Source: Paracoccaceae bacterium (GTDB lineage Bacteria; Pseudomonadota; Alphaproteobacteria; Rhodobacterales; Rhodobacteraceae). From it: DNA of 64,000 nucleotides. Of the stretch, positions 1-10,248 are shown one piece after another. Both the position numbers and the translations under genes were made by a program. The notes under the pieces are model-generated. The model ran no database searches. It was given only the letters and a program-made list of their open reading frames with translations, and was not told the origin of the DNA. The first letter of the stretch is position 1; every line of letters starts with the position of its first letter. The stretch is from positions 29,288-93,287 of the forward strand of contig JBNKEH010000005.1 of assembly GCA_050288685.1 (NCBI GenBank). The letters are read 5' to 3'.

Positions 1-870
1 AGAGGGGCCAAGTTCGATCATCCCCACCGACCGATCATGCGCGAAACCGGCACGCTGGCGCGGGGTATAGACGGCGTTTGCGCCGCGCTTTGGCGCCGCC
101 TCGCGACCATCAGCGGCCTCGATTTCAAGCAACAGAAGCCCAAACGCCAGCGGCACAAGCTCTGAAACCCGCGCCGTGCCGGTTTTTCTGAGGATCGTTT
201 TTGCCTGCACCCGGATCGTTTCAACACTGCGACCGCGTTCCGTTGCAATGACGGACTGGGTCTTGCCGCACAGCAGCCCCCCGAACACCTCGGTCTCGCT
301 TTTCGTCAGCCCAAAGCGCGCGGCAATGCGGGCGATTTGCTTTTCGGTCCAGGCAAAATGCGCGAAGGTCACCATCAGCCGGGACCCGTTGCCCAGCAGA
401 CAGGCGCGGGCGTGCAAATTCTGCTGATCGCTCGACCGGGTGAGAACCAGATCCTGAGGCTCTGCAATGGGAAACATCCCTTGCAGGTATTCACGCAGAA
501 GAGTCTGGGTTGCGGCTGTGAAATCGAGCTCGCTCAGCCCAGCGGGCAAGGAGCGCCCCACCAGCGCCTCGGCCGGGCTATTTCCATCCACGGTTTCGCT
601 GCCGCGCTCAATCACCAGCGTTGCCAGAGCAGAAGAAGATCCAGCGCCATCGCTCCGCGCAAGACGATCAAGATGGCGGATGAAGGCCGCGTCGATCTGC
701 TCGGCGGGAAAATCGGGATCAAGCGCGTGGCCATCGACCGTTGCGAAAAACAACATCGCGGCGGCGTCATACATGGCTTCGAACGTGTCGCCGCCCTCGG
801 CCAGATCGTAGGCCCGTCCGAGGAACTCCATGGCTCGAGCGCCAGCATTGATGCCGACGCCCTTGGTCAT
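1..870 (-). CDS. LuxR-type HTH regulator, probably fused to a C-terminal alpha/beta-hydrolase-like domain (truncated by the window edge)
   Basis: Not in the ORF track because it runs off the edge. Manual translation from ATG 870 (alternative 831) stays open to base 1 and contains FGLTKSETEVFGGLLCGKTQSVIATERGRSVETIRVQAKTILRKTG, a LuxR HTH. The hydrolase domain is inferred from the usual architecture of this family. Confidence 0.7.
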   Translation of the reverse strand, partial: MTKGVGINAGARAMEFLGRAYDLAEGGDTFEAMYDAAAMLFFATVDGHALDPDFPAEQIDAAFIRHLDRLARSDGAGSSSALATLVIERGSETVDGNSPAEALVGRSLPAGLSELDFTAATQTLLREYLQGMFPIAEPQDLVLTRSSDQQNLHARACLLGNGSRLMVTFAHFAWTEKQIARIAARFGLTKSETEVFGGLLCGKTQSVIATERGRSVETIRVQAKTILRKTGTARVSELVPLAFGLLLLEIEAADGREAAPKRGANAVYTPRQRAGFAHDRSVGMIELGPS

Positions 871-920
871 GTTCTGCGAAGATGGGAAGGCGACATGTGG
901 ATGCCCGATCCCTGCGCCGT

Positions 921-1772
921 TCACGCAGTTTTGCGGCGCTTCAGACCGAACAGGCTGGCCACCGCGAAAGCGAGCAGACCAATCCCCGCCGGAAGCGGCA
1001 CAGGCGCGAGCGGCGCCTCTGACTGCGGCAGGCTTGTCGGCTTCTTGCCGGTCGGCTCTGAGCCAGTCGGCGTGGTCGGGGTCGTGGGGGTCGGTGCAGA
1101 GACCAAGATTTGCCCGCAGGGTGCAATTGTGCAGCTGCTCGGTGCGTTCGTGGTTGGGGTCGTAGCCGGGGTCCACGCCGTCAGTTCGTAGCTGCCGGTT
1201 TGCGGGTCATTGAGCCGATCAAGAAACGTGTTGGCATAGGTCAGGGCAGCAAGGGTTTGCGGGGCACCGCCACCATCGCCGAAATACAACGAAGAGCCAT
1301 CGTCATAAGACGCGACAAACGTGCCCGAGGTTTCAAACAGAACCTCCCACATGGCGATCTGGAACCCGGCCACCATGGCCCCATCGCTGAAATTCAGCCC
1401 ACTATAAGAGGTTTGGAACAGGCGCCGCAGATTGCCCCACTGCGCATCTGAAAAGGAGCTGGCAGGGGTCGTGTCGTTTGCGATGTAATCCAGACCAGCA
1501 CTGAACGACGCCGAGATCGAAACGCTCCAAGCCAGGAAGTTTTCCGTGCGACTGTTCAGGTAGAGCGCACCAGCGGGAACGACGAAGCTGCCATAGGTCG
1601 TCTGCCCGGCATTTCGCACATTCACCTGCATCATCGTGTAGGCGTCATCGGGACCGAATACACTTGACCCGCTCGGTGTGAGAGCAACCGAGGAAGCATC
1701 TGCCGTCTGAGCAGCAAAAACAAACGCCGCAGCACACACTGCGCGCAACATTGAAGTAGCAACCGAAAACAT
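921..1772 (-). CDS. VPLPA-CTERM (PEP-CTERM family) surface protein
   Basis: N-terminal signal peptide (AAAFVFAAQTADA), Thr/Pro-rich linker, and C-terminal PVPLPAGIGLLAFAVASLFGLKRRKTA (motif, TM helix, basic tail). Start placed at ATG 1772; the ORF track starts at 1796. Confidence 0.88.
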   Translation of the reverse strand: MFSVATSMLRAVCAAAFVFAAQTADASSVALTPSGSSVFGPDDAYTMMQVNVRNAGQTTYGSFVVPAGALYLNSRTENFLAWSVSISASFSAGLDYIANDTTPASSFSDAQWGNLRRLFQTSYSGLNFSDGAMVAGFQIAMWEVLFETSGTFVASYDDGSSLYFGDGGGAPQTLAALTYANTFLDRLNDPQTGSYELTAWTPATTPTTNAPSSCTIAPCGQILVSAPTPTTPTTPTGSEPTGKKPTSLPQSEAPLAPVPLPAGIGLLAFAVASLFGLKRRKTA

Positions 1773-1862
1773 GACTTTTCCAACCCAGTCTGTCAATTTT
1801 TTGCTACAATGAACTAAATTTATTTACAACAAGTTAACTGAAATATATTCGTTTCCAGTATT

Positions 1863-1884
1863 GCCACAATCTGGCCACAATCTG
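1863..1884. promoter_or_regulatory. Perfect 11-bp tandem direct repeat (GCCACAATCTG x2) upstream of the VPLPA-CTERM gene; candidate regulator site
   Basis: Read directly from the sequence, next to an AT-rich promoter-like tract (1791-1862). Confidence 0.35.
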
Positions 1885-1969
1885 CCGCCGGCACTTTGAG
1901 CAAGGTCCGACCGCAGCCATGTTTCAGCTTTCAGCTTGGATTTTACGGCGAAACGCGGCGCAACAGGCG

Positions 1970-2920
1970 CTACTTGTACTCGATCAGTCCGGCCGGGCGG
2001 CGGACCATTCTGCGCAGGTGGAACTCCAGCCCCCCCAACGCCTCCGGGAATTTTCCAAGCGTTAGAAAAAAGGCGTTTCGCCAGCCTACACGGCGCGAGA
2101 GGCGGAGGACCTGAGCAGGGTAGATCGCCAGAAACAGCAGCGCCCAGGGTCCAAAAATCAGCGCGGCCAGTAATATAACGAGCGGAAGAGCCGCCCCCCA
2201 GAGCAGCGCACGGCGGGCTTGTGCAACGAAGTGCCGCTCGGGGGGCTGCCCATGCATCGCAGCCCCTTCAGCATAGGCATGCCCGGCCCGTCTGGTGCGT
2301 TTCCACCATTGCCCGAAGCGGGTCATCGCCGCATCGTGCAGGGTCATTTCGCAGTCGAGCCGCCAGACCTCCCAGCCGTTTCCCCGCAAACGCACGCAAA
2401 GTTCGGGTTCTTCACCGGCGATCAGGTTCGGATTGTAGCCGCCAACCTGATCAAGCGCCGCCATACGCATCAGTGCGTCGCCCCCGCAAGCAAGGGCGCG
2501 GCCGATGGGCGTATCCCATTCCGCATCGCAAAGCGCGTTGTAGACGGTGGCTTTGGGAAAGCGTTCGCGCCGCCGCCCGCACGCCACAGCCGCCGTTTCG
2601 TGCTCCGCCAGAAAGCCATGCGCCGTGTCGATCCAGCCCGACTGCAGCTCGCAATCGCCATCGATAAACTGCACGAAATCCGGACGCTCGCCCAGATTGC
2701 GCAGCCGCTCAAGCCCGGCGTTGCGCGCCCGCGCCGCCGTAAAGGGCTGGGTCATATCAAGCACAATCACCTCGGCCCCAACCGCCTCTGCGGCTTCAAC
2801 CGAGCCGTCGGTCGAGCCGGAATCGACATATACGATCCGTGCCAGCCCGCTCACCGAGGCAAGGCAGTTCAGCAGCCGCTCCCCCTCGTTGCGACCAATG
2901 AGGACAGCCGCGATGGTCAT
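1970..2920 (-). CDS. Glycosyltransferase family 2
   Basis: IGRNEG, YVDSGSTDGS, FIDGDC (DxD) and GEEPELC motifs. ATG 2920 overlaps the sulfotransferase stop (ATGA). Confidence 0.9.
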   Translation of the reverse strand: MTIAAVLIGRNEGERLLNCLASVSGLARIVYVDSGSTDGSVEAAEAVGAEVIVLDMTQPFTAARARNAGLERLRNLGERPDFVQFIDGDCELQSGWIDTAHGFLAEHETAAVACGRRRERFPKATVYNALCDAEWDTPIGRALACGGDALMRMAALDQVGGYNPNLIAGEEPELCVRLRGNGWEVWRLDCEMTLHDAAMTRFGQWWKRTRRAGHAYAEGAAMHGQPPERHFVAQARRALLWGAALPLVILLAALIFGPWALLFLAIYPAQVLRLSRRVGWRNAFFLTLGKFPEALGGLEFHLRRMVRRPAGLIEYK

Positions 2921-3759
2921 GACGGACAAAACGGATAGCTCGCGCTCAGATCCACGCCCGGAAACTGCGCCGTGAGGCGGGCATAGTCTTCCGTGAAGAC
3001 CTCTTCGAGCGTCGCTTTCAGCGCGGGGGAAAGCTCCGGGCGTTTCTGCATCTGGCGGCTTTGCTTGATGCGATCCCGCAAGGCTTGCGGCACGAGCAGA
3101 CGGCGCAACCTGGTGGCCACCGGGTTGTCGATAATCAGCTCATGAAGCGGAAAACGGCGAATGCGCTCGGCCGATACGTTCATCGCAGCGGCGTCGTCAT
3201 GCCAGACCAGCGTTTGATCAAGGCCGAGGAATTGCCCCACCCGATCAAGCACCGCCTGTGGCGTGCGGTTCATCTCTTCGAGGCTTGCGATCAAAATATT
3301 GTCGGCGCCGAAGGCCTCGAACCAAGGGGCGATCTGCATGCCGTAGCGGCTATAGGCAATGAGTTCGGGATGGTCGCGGAACGCCTGGTCAATCTCGCCG
3401 GACATCTCGCCCATGGTCCATTCGTGGATGTAATGCGAAACCGCCCGGATGATTGGGTTGCGGATCAGATATATGACTTTCAGCTGATCGACACAGGCGG
3501 TGAGACGGGGAAGCGTTTCCGGATAGGTCGGAAGCTTGGTGTAATGCGTGCTGGCCTCGCCCAGAAGATCGCCCGGCGACGCCTCGCTATATAGCCCTTC
3601 GTACCAATCCAAACCTTTGGCGTAGATTTCGTCATTGGAAAAGAAATTGGGCTCTTTCGGGGTCGTCATGAAGACACCCGGTTGAGCGACAAGCTGGGCC
3701 TGCAGAGTTGTGGTGCCACATTTCATCGCACCGATGATGATGAAGTCAGGAAGTGCCAT
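2917..3759 (-). CDS. Sulfotransferase
   Basis: PDFIIIGAMKCGTTTL 5'-PSB loop, KEPNFF, and RNPIIRAVS 3'-PB motif. Confidence 0.92.
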   Translation of the reverse strand: MALPDFIIIGAMKCGTTTLQAQLVAQPGVFMTTPKEPNFFSNDEIYAKGLDWYEGLYSEASPGDLLGEASTHYTKLPTYPETLPRLTACVDQLKVIYLIRNPIIRAVSHYIHEWTMGEMSGEIDQAFRDHPELIAYSRYGMQIAPWFEAFGADNILIASLEEMNRTPQAVLDRVGQFLGLDQTLVWHDDAAAMNVSAERIRRFPLHELIIDNPVATRLRRLLVPQALRDRIKQSRQMQKRPELSPALKATLEEVFTEDYARLTAQFPGVDLSASYPFCPS

Positions 3760-3763
3760 AGAG

Positions 3764-4741
3764 CTAGCCTATCCGGCGATCGCCGTAGGGAGAAAGAACA
3801 TTGATCCAAATATCCGCCGCTTCGCGTTCGTTGCGCGCGGGCACCGGCTTGCCTGCTAGCCTTCGGGCTTGCGCGATGCCGCGCCCCAGATACCAGAGCA
3901 GATTGGCCGCGATCAGTCCCCACCAGCCATAGGCGCGATACAGAAAGCGCGTGCGCGACGCATAGTAATAGCCCGGCAGCCGTTTGCGCGCCGCCGCGAG
4001 CGTTTTCACCGGACCGGACCCCCCGCGGAAATGCACGACGCGGGCGTGATCGACATAGGCAATCCGCCAGCCTTTCTGACGTGCACGCCAGCAATAGTCG
4101 GAATCTTCGTAATAAAGAAAATATCCTTCATCGAGCGGCCCCACGTCATCAATCACGCGCCGATCGACAAGGATGCAGGCAAAGCTTGCCCAATCGATTT
4201 CGCCGTCCTGCGGAGGCATCTCCAATGGCACGTCATAGCGCTTGAAAAGCTTTGTGACGGCGCCCGTCCCTGCCCCGCGGATCAGCTCGCTCGCCGGGGA
4301 GTGGAACCGAAAGCAGCTCACCTGCTGCGGCCCGTCGCTATACTCGATATGAGGCGCAAAGAGGCCGTTCTCCGGAGCCGCCCGTGCGGATTGCAAAAGC
4401 GCTGCGAAAAATCCTGGCCGGATTTCGGCATCGGAATTGAGAATGAGATAGTATTTCGCCCGCACGGCGTTGATCGCCTGATTGTGGCCCCCAGCGAAGC
4501 CGGAATTTGTGGCGGAACGTACCAGAGTAACAGAGGCGCCAAGCTGTTGCGTCTCAATCCAATCGGCAATCTGGTCGGCCGATCCATCATTCGAAAGGTT
4601 ATCGACAACGATTACCTTCGCGTCGATCCCGCCGAGATCGTCGAGCACGGAGCGTATGCAATTGATTGTCATATCACCGGTACGAAAGTTGATGATCGAG
4701 ACAACCAATTCCGGTTCCGTTTGCGCCGCGATAGCTTCCAC
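3764..4741 (-). CDS. Glycosyltransferase family 2
   Basis: VVDNLSNDGS, NSGFAGGHN, ILNSDA and DEGYFLYYEDSDYC motifs. Confidence 0.9.
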   Translation of the reverse strand: MEAIAAQTEPELVVSIINFRTGDMTINCIRSVLDDLGGIDAKVIVVDNLSNDGSADQIADWIETQQLGASVTLVRSATNSGFAGGHNQAINAVRAKYYLILNSDAEIRPGFFAALLQSARAAPENGLFAPHIEYSDGPQQVSCFRFHSPASELIRGAGTGAVTKLFKRYDVPLEMPPQDGEIDWASFACILVDRRVIDDVGPLDEGYFLYYEDSDYCWRARQKGWRIAYVDHARVVHFRGGSGPVKTLAAARKRLPGYYYASRTRFLYRAYGWWGLIAANLLWYLGRGIAQARRLAGKPVPARNEREAADIWINVLSPYGDRRIG

Positions 4742-4912
4742 CGTCGATTCACTCCAATGTCTTAGTCGCCCGGGATCAAGGCTTTGAATTTCCCAATCCC
4801 ATAGTCGGTTCGGAACAATTTTGTAACCCTTGGCGAAGAGAGTTGCAGCCAGAATTCAGGGTTGTTAGCTTTTGGGGGCGACAGAGCGTTTGGGGAGTGT
4901 CTATACAGCGCC

Positions 4913-6463
4913 ATGCCGAACACACTCGCCTATATCGTTCTTTTCAGTTGGCCGGCCGTTGTCTGGCTGTTGTTCCGCCTGCGCCCGCCCGCCGAGGCCC
5001 TGGCATGGGCGGTTATTGGCGGGTATCTGATGATCCCCACCCGGGTCGGTGTCGACTTTCCAATGATTCCGACGCTGGACAAAGACTTGATCCCCAGCCT
5101 GGCGGCCGGTCTATTCATCATCGGCGCGATCAAACGAGAGAAGGTACAGGCCGCTTTCGCCTCGCGACGGGGCGCCAAAAATGAGAATGGACCCGAACTG
5201 GCACGTATCCAGTCCCAAGGCGGGATCGCGATCAAACTCCTGATCGGCCTCATCGTCGTTAGCCCATTCCTGACCGGCATCACCAATGGCGAGCCGCTGA
5301 CCTATGGCACAGCAAATCTACCGGGCATCCGGATCTATGACTCGTTCTCGATGGTACTTTCCAGCTTGGTGATGATCCTGCCTTTCCTTCTGGCACGGCG
5401 CTATCTGGCAACGCCAAAAGCTCATGCGGTCTTGCTCATGGTCCTCGTCCTGGCCGGGCTTCTCTACTCGCTCCCAGCGCTTTTCGAGGTGCGGATGAGT
5501 CCGCAACTCAATGTGTGGGTTTATGGATTTTTCCCGCATTCTTTTGCCCAACAGATCCGCGATGGCGGATTTCGACCGGTGGTCTTCCTGCTGCACGGGC
5601 TCCGAGTCAGCTTGTTTTTCGCCCTCACAGTATTTGCGGCTCTTGCAACCTGGCGCACACGGCAAGGCCAAGCCCGGGCGGGTTATCTGGCAGCAGCCCT
5701 ATGGCTGTTGATGACGCTGGTTCTGTCGAAATCGCTCGGCGCCCTGGCGACGACGCTGCTACTCATCCCGGTCGCACTGCTTGTGAAAGTGCGAGGGCAG
5801 TTATTCGTGTCGGCGCTCGTCGCCGCTATCATCTTATCTTATCCGATGCTGCGCGGCGCGTCTTTGATCCCGGTCGACACGGTTCATGAATTGGCGCAAT
5901 CGATAAGCGAAGAGCGCGCGATTTCGCTTCAGACCCGTCTCATCAATGAAGATCGCTTGCTTGCAAAAGCCAATCTGAAACCTGCTTTTGGTTGGGGCGG
6001 CTGGGGGCGATCACGGGTTTTCGACACCGAAACCGGGCAGGATATCAGTACTGTAGATGGATATTGGGTGATCCTGATCGGCGTGAATGGCTGGCTCGGC
6101 TATCTCGCGTTGTTCGGCTTGCAGACACTGCCGATATTCCTGCTTTCCCGGAATTGGCAAAAGCTTCAGATTTCGCTCGCGACATCCGGTCTCGCGATTG
6201 TGCTGGTCGTCAATCTTGTCGATCTTATCCCGAATTCCGGCATCACCCCGGTCACCTGGCTGATTGCTGGAGCGCTGGCGGGACGATGTGAGCTCAGCCC
6301 GGTGCTTGCGACCCTTGCCAAAGCTCCGGTTGGCCGGCGCAAACGAGCCGCAGTTGAAGAGGAGCCCCAGGCCGCCAGTCAATCTGAAGACGCCGGCTCC
6401 CCAGCTCGACCTACTACAAGCCGCAGGCCGGTTCGACGTTACTCGCGCGACCTGAAAAACTAG
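4913..6463 (+). CDS. Polytopic membrane protein, O-antigen ligase/Wzy-like polysaccharide polymerase
   Basis: Many TM segments, KPAFGWGGWGR loop typical of Wzy_C-like proteins, EPS gene context. Start placed at ATG 4913. Confidence 0.7.
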   Translation: MPNTLAYIVLFSWPAVVWLLFRLRPPAEALAWAVIGGYLMIPTRVGVDFPMIPTLDKDLIPSLAAGLFIIGAIKREKVQAAFASRRGAKNENGPELARIQSQGGIAIKLLIGLIVVSPFLTGITNGEPLTYGTANLPGIRIYDSFSMVLSSLVMILPFLLARRYLATPKAHAVLLMVLVLAGLLYSLPALFEVRMSPQLNVWVYGFFPHSFAQQIRDGGFRPVVFLLHGLRVSLFFALTVFAALATWRTRQGQARAGYLAAALWLLMTLVLSKSLGALATTLLLIPVALLVKVRGQLFVSALVAAIILSYPMLRGASLIPVDTVHELAQSISEERAISLQTRLINEDRLLAKANLKPAFGWGGWGRSRVFDTETGQDISTVDGYWVILIGVNGWLGYLALFGLQTLPIFLLSRNWQKLQISLATSGLAIVLVVNLVDLIPNSGITPVTWLIAGALAGRCELSPVLATLAKAPVGRRKRAAVEEEPQAASQSEDAGSPARPTTSRRPVRRYSRDLKN

Positions 6464-6635
6464 GGGATCGGATCAACACGGTCCAATCCTCTCACGTCTC
6501 ACCTGCACCGCCGCCCCCAAAACCTTCCCGAAAATCGGTCAAATTGTTCATATCCCCCCACTGTTTCCTTCATTTTATCATTCTCCCGCCTTATAGATCG
6601 CCAAAACTCCGCTGCGGGTCTACAGGCAGCACCTA

Positions 6636-7418
6636 ATGGAAAGCCAAATGCGCGACGAAATCACGATGGATGATCGCTGGTTCAAACTGAACGATTCAGT
6701 GAAGGTGAATATGCCGGAACGGCAGGGGCTGTTTGCCGATCTCCGCCACCGGCTTTCCGCAGGACAGGGATTCACGCTGGCGACGGTGAATCTTGATCAT
6801 GTCGTCAAACTACGCCGGTTACCGGCTTTTCGAAAAGCCTATTCAGAACACACCCATGTGGTTGCCGATGGCAATCCGATTGTGTGGATATCGCGGCTAG
6901 CAGACCGCCCGGTGGAACTCATCCCGGGTGCCGATCTTGTGCATCCCCTCGCTGCGCTGGCCGTTGAACTCGATCTGCCCCTGGCCTTGCTGGGCGCAAC
7001 AGAGACCTCTCTCAACCGTGCTGCGGCTGGCCTTGTAAAGGCACATCCCGGCCTGAACATCGTTGCACAAATCTCACCCGCATATGGGTTCGATCCTGAA
7101 GGCGAAGAGGCTGAGGCGTGCATTTCCGCCCTCGGCCAATCTGGCGCACGCCTTTGCATTCTGGCGCTTGGGGCGCCGAAACAGGAAGTATTCGCGGCAC
7201 GCGCCTATGCGGCGCTTCCGCATTGTGGGTTTGCCTCGCTCGGCGCCGGGCTCGATTTCATCGCTGGCGAGCAAAACCGCGCCCCTGCCTGGGTTCGGCA
7301 ACTGGCGCTGGAATGGCTGTGGCGTATGCTCTCCAATCCCCGCCGCCTGGCCCGACGCTATCTGAACAGCGCATTGGTTCTGCCGGGTCTTGCCCTGTCA
7401 GCGATCCGCAGCCGCTAG
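6636..7418 (+). CDS. WecB/TagA/CpsF family glycosyltransferase
   Basis: TVNLDH, VADGNPIVW, GADL, LALGAPKQE, GAGLDFIAG and LEWLWRM motifs. Confidence 0.92.
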   Translation: MESQMRDEITMDDRWFKLNDSVKVNMPERQGLFADLRHRLSAGQGFTLATVNLDHVVKLRRLPAFRKAYSEHTHVVADGNPIVWISRLADRPVELIPGADLVHPLAALAVELDLPLALLGATETSLNRAAAGLVKAHPGLNIVAQISPAYGFDPEGEEAEACISALGQSGARLCILALGAPKQEVFAARAYAALPHCGFASLGAGLDFIAGEQNRAPAWVRQLALEWLWRMLSNPRRLARRYLNSALVLPGLALSAIRSR

Positions 7419-7749
7419 CGGATCGACAGGCGCCAGAGACTCTGGCTATCTCGGTTTCGGCGAACAGACCTGCTCGCCAGGCTTTCCACGAAGCCCCTAA
7501 TGTGCAGCAATGGCGGGCCGAACAGGACACACGGGTAGACCAGTCCGGTGCGTGGCATCGCTGAAGCTCGGGGGCAACCGCGGCTGCCAGTCGTGGGAAG
7601 CCGCCCTGCCCTGACCCTCAGCACGTTCGGCCAGCTCGAGGCTTGATTTTGAAACTTTCAGCCAATGCTTGGCGTGATTCAGCAGGGAATACTTCTGCCG
7701 CTGGCTAGGCTGTTCCTATCCGCCGAATTCTACCAGCAGAGGGGCCGCC

Positions 7750-8874
7750 ATGACCGTGGACGATATTCTTGCGACGCTGATCGCCTTTCCCACGGTCGCG
7801 CGAACTCAAAACGGCGCGATTGTCGACTGGATTGCCGAGTATTGCCGGGCTGCCGGAGCTGAAGTGACGGTTCTGGCCGGCCCTGAGGGCGACCGGTCGA
7901 ACCTCTTCGCCACCATCGGCCCGCGCGAGCGGCAAGGCTATGTGCTTTCCGGGCATATGGATGTGGTACCGGCGGGTGAGGCGGAATGGAGTTCGGACCC
8001 CTTCGCCCTGCGCCGCGAGGGCGACAGGCTGTATGGCCGTGGCACCTCCGACATGAAGGGCTATCTGGCCTGCGCCCTCGCTGCGCTGCCAAAGCTGGCG
8101 GCGATGGATCTGGCGCAACCGATCCACCTTGCCTTTTCCTATGACGAAGAGGTCGGATGCCGGGGCGTGCCGCATATGCTGGCCGCCCTGCCCGACCTTT
8201 GCGCGCTGCCGCTTGGGGCGATCATCGGCGAGCCGAGCGGGATGCGGCCGGTGCTGGCCCATAAGGGCAAGGTGGCGGCACGGATGGAGGTGATCGGGCG
8301 GTCCGGCCATTCCTCGCGTCCCGATCTGGGGCTGAATGCGGTACATGCCATGGCCGAGGTCATCACCCATGCCGTGGCGCATGGTCAGTCGCTCACCGGT
8401 GGCCCGTTCGACGATACCTTCGCCCCGCCCTATTCCTCGCTGCAAGTCGGGGTCATCTCTGGCGGTCAGGCGGTCAATATCATCCCGGATCGCTGCACTG
8501 CCGATATCGAAGTGCGGGCCGTGCCGGGTGTCGTGCCCGCCTCGCTGCTGGAGCCGATCAAAGCCCGGCTCATGGCGCTGAAGGGCAGTGGTTTCGAGGT
8601 GACCTGGGAAGAGCTGAGCTCCTACCCGGCGCTGGCCATGGCGGGCGAGACCGCGCTGGCAGGGCTGCTGGCGGAGCTTACCGGGCAGGAACCGATCCAG
8701 GCGGTCAGCTATGGCACCGAGGCGGGGCTGTTCCAGAAGGCCGGGATCAACGCGATCATCTGCGGGCCCGGCGAGATTGGCCGCGCCCATCGCCCGAATG
8801 AATTCATCGAAATGAGCGAGCTTCGGGACTGCCAGAACATGATTGAGGCGCTCGGCGCACGTCTTGCGGCGTGA
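7750..8874 (+). CDS. argE: ArgE-type M20 amidohydrolase (acetylornithine deacetylase family)
   Basis: [35 protein letters not shown] and AHRPNE motifs. The true substrate may differ. Confidence 0.85.
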   Translation: MTVDDILATLIAFPTVARTQNGAIVDWIAEYCRAAGAEVTVLAGPEGDRSNLFATIGPRERQGYVLSGHMDVVPAGEAEWSSDPFALRREGDRLYGRGTSDMKGYLACALAALPKLAAMDLAQPIHLAFSYDEEVGCRGVPHMLAALPDLCALPLGAIIGEPSGMRPVLAHKGKVAARMEVIGRSGHSSRPDLGLNAVHAMAEVITHAVAHGQSLTGGPFDDTFAPPYSSLQVGVISGGQAVNIIPDRCTADIEVRAVPGVVPASLLEPIKARLMALKGSGFEVTWEELSSYPALAMAGETALAGLLAELTGQEPIQAVSYGTEAGLFQKAGINAIICGPGEIGRAHRPNEFIEMSELRDCQNMIEALGARLAA

Positions 8875-8891
8875 CGAGTGGGGGCGCGTCC

Positions 8892-9815
8892 ATGGCATTG
8901 CTTTTCAATTCCGATGCGGCACGCGGCGCGATCTTTCGGAACGTGTTCGCGGGCGCGCTGCCGGAGGTGGAGGTTTTCCAACGTGAGGACGATGTCGCAC
9001 CCGAGAAGGTCAGCTACCTCGTCACCTGGACGGTGCCGGACGACATCGCGCGCTACCCCAATCTGGAACTGCTGATCTCGATCGGTGCGGGCGTTGACCA
9101 GTTCAATGCCGATATCGTGCCGCCCCATGTGAAACTGGTGCGCATGGTCGAGGATGGGCTGATCCGGATGATGCAGGAATATGTGACGCTCGGCGTACTG
9201 GCGCTGCAGCGCGATATGCCCGCCTATCAGGAGCAGCAACGCCGCCGGGTTTGGCAGGCCCTGCCCGCACGGCAGGCCACAGATTGCCGGGTGGGATTTC
9301 TCGGCCTCGGGATGCTGGCGCAGGCGGCCATCGCGCGGTTGATGCCGTTTGGGTTTCCGCTGGCCGGATGGAGCCGCAGCCCGAAGCAGATCGAGGGCGT
9401 CACCTCTTTTCATGGTGCCGAGCAGTTGTCTGGTTTTCTGGCGCAGACGGATATTCTGGTCTGCCTGTTGCCGCTGACCGGAGAGACGCGCGGGATGCTT
9501 GATCGGGACCTTTTCGCGCAACTGCCTGCCGGGGCGCGGTTGTTGCATGTCGGACGGGGACCGCAGCTTGATGCCTCTGCCCTGATAGCGGCGCTGGACA
9601 GCGGCCAGCTGGCCGCCGCGATGCTGGATGTCACCGATCCCGAGCCGCTGCCCGAGAGCCATCCGCTGTGGTCGCATCCCAAGGTGATGATCACCCCGCA
9701 TATTGCGTCCGTGACCCAGCCGAAGACGGCGGCGCAATCGGTTGTTGAAAACATCAGGCGCCACCGCGCCGGTGAAAAGCTGATCGGCGCCGTCGATCGA
9801 AGCCTCGGCTATTAG
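8892..9815 (+). CDS. ghrA: D-2-hydroxyacid dehydrogenase, glyoxylate/hydroxypyruvate reductase A family
   Basis: [38 protein letters not shown] and ITPHIAS motifs. Confidence 0.85.
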   Translation: MALLFNSDAARGAIFRNVFAGALPEVEVFQREDDVAPEKVSYLVTWTVPDDIARYPNLELLISIGAGVDQFNADIVPPHVKLVRMVEDGLIRMMQEYVTLGVLALQRDMPAYQEQQRRRVWQALPARQATDCRVGFLGLGMLAQAAIARLMPFGFPLAGWSRSPKQIEGVTSFHGAEQLSGFLAQTDILVCLLPLTGETRGMLDRDLFAQLPAGARLLHVGRGPQLDASALIAALDSGQLAAAMLDVTDPEPLPESHPLWSHPKVMITPHIASVTQPKTAAQSVVENIRRHRAGEKLIGAVDRSLGY

Positions 9816-9845
9816 ACCCATCCCCCTGCTACAAAGGAAAACACC

Positions 9846-10202
9846 ATGTCGCTTCTGAAAACCATCGACACCAATCCCAGCTTCACCCCGAAGGAAGCGC
9901 GCCCCGCGCCGGAGCGGCTGATTTCGGGCGATCCCGCCTTCAAGACCTGGGCGCAAGACGCTTCGAGAGACGACAAGGTGCTGACCGGCATCTGGGAAGC
10001 CACCCCCGGCGTGACCCATTCGATCAAGGGCACGACCTTCGAGTTTTGCCACATCCTGTCGGGTGTTGTCGAAATCGAGGAGAAGGGTGGCGAGACCAAG
10101 ACCTACCGCGCGGGCGACAGCTTCGTGATGAAGCCCGGTTTTGTCGGTGTCTGGCGCACCATCGAAACGGTGCGCAAAATCTATGTCGTTGTAAACGACT
10201 GA
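9846..10202 (+). CDS. Cupin (EutQ/DUF861-like)
   Basis: TGIWEATPG, EFCHILSG and AGDSFVMKPGFVGVW motifs. Confidence 0.85.
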   Translation: MSLLKTIDTNPSFTPKEARPAPERLISGDPAFKTWAQDASRDDKVLTGIWEATPGVTHSIKGTTFEFCHILSGVVEIEEKGGETKTYRAGDSFVMKPGFVGVWRTIETVRKIYVVVND

Positions 10203-10248
10203 TCCCGCCCAGCGCGCCTGCGCATCAAGACGGCAAGGAGGCCCTCCC

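Noticed and set aside
1791-1900. Possible sigma54 promoter or PrsR enhancer for the PEP-CTERM gene
   Set aside because: The TGT-N12-ACA site and the GG/GC spacing do not fit the consensus.
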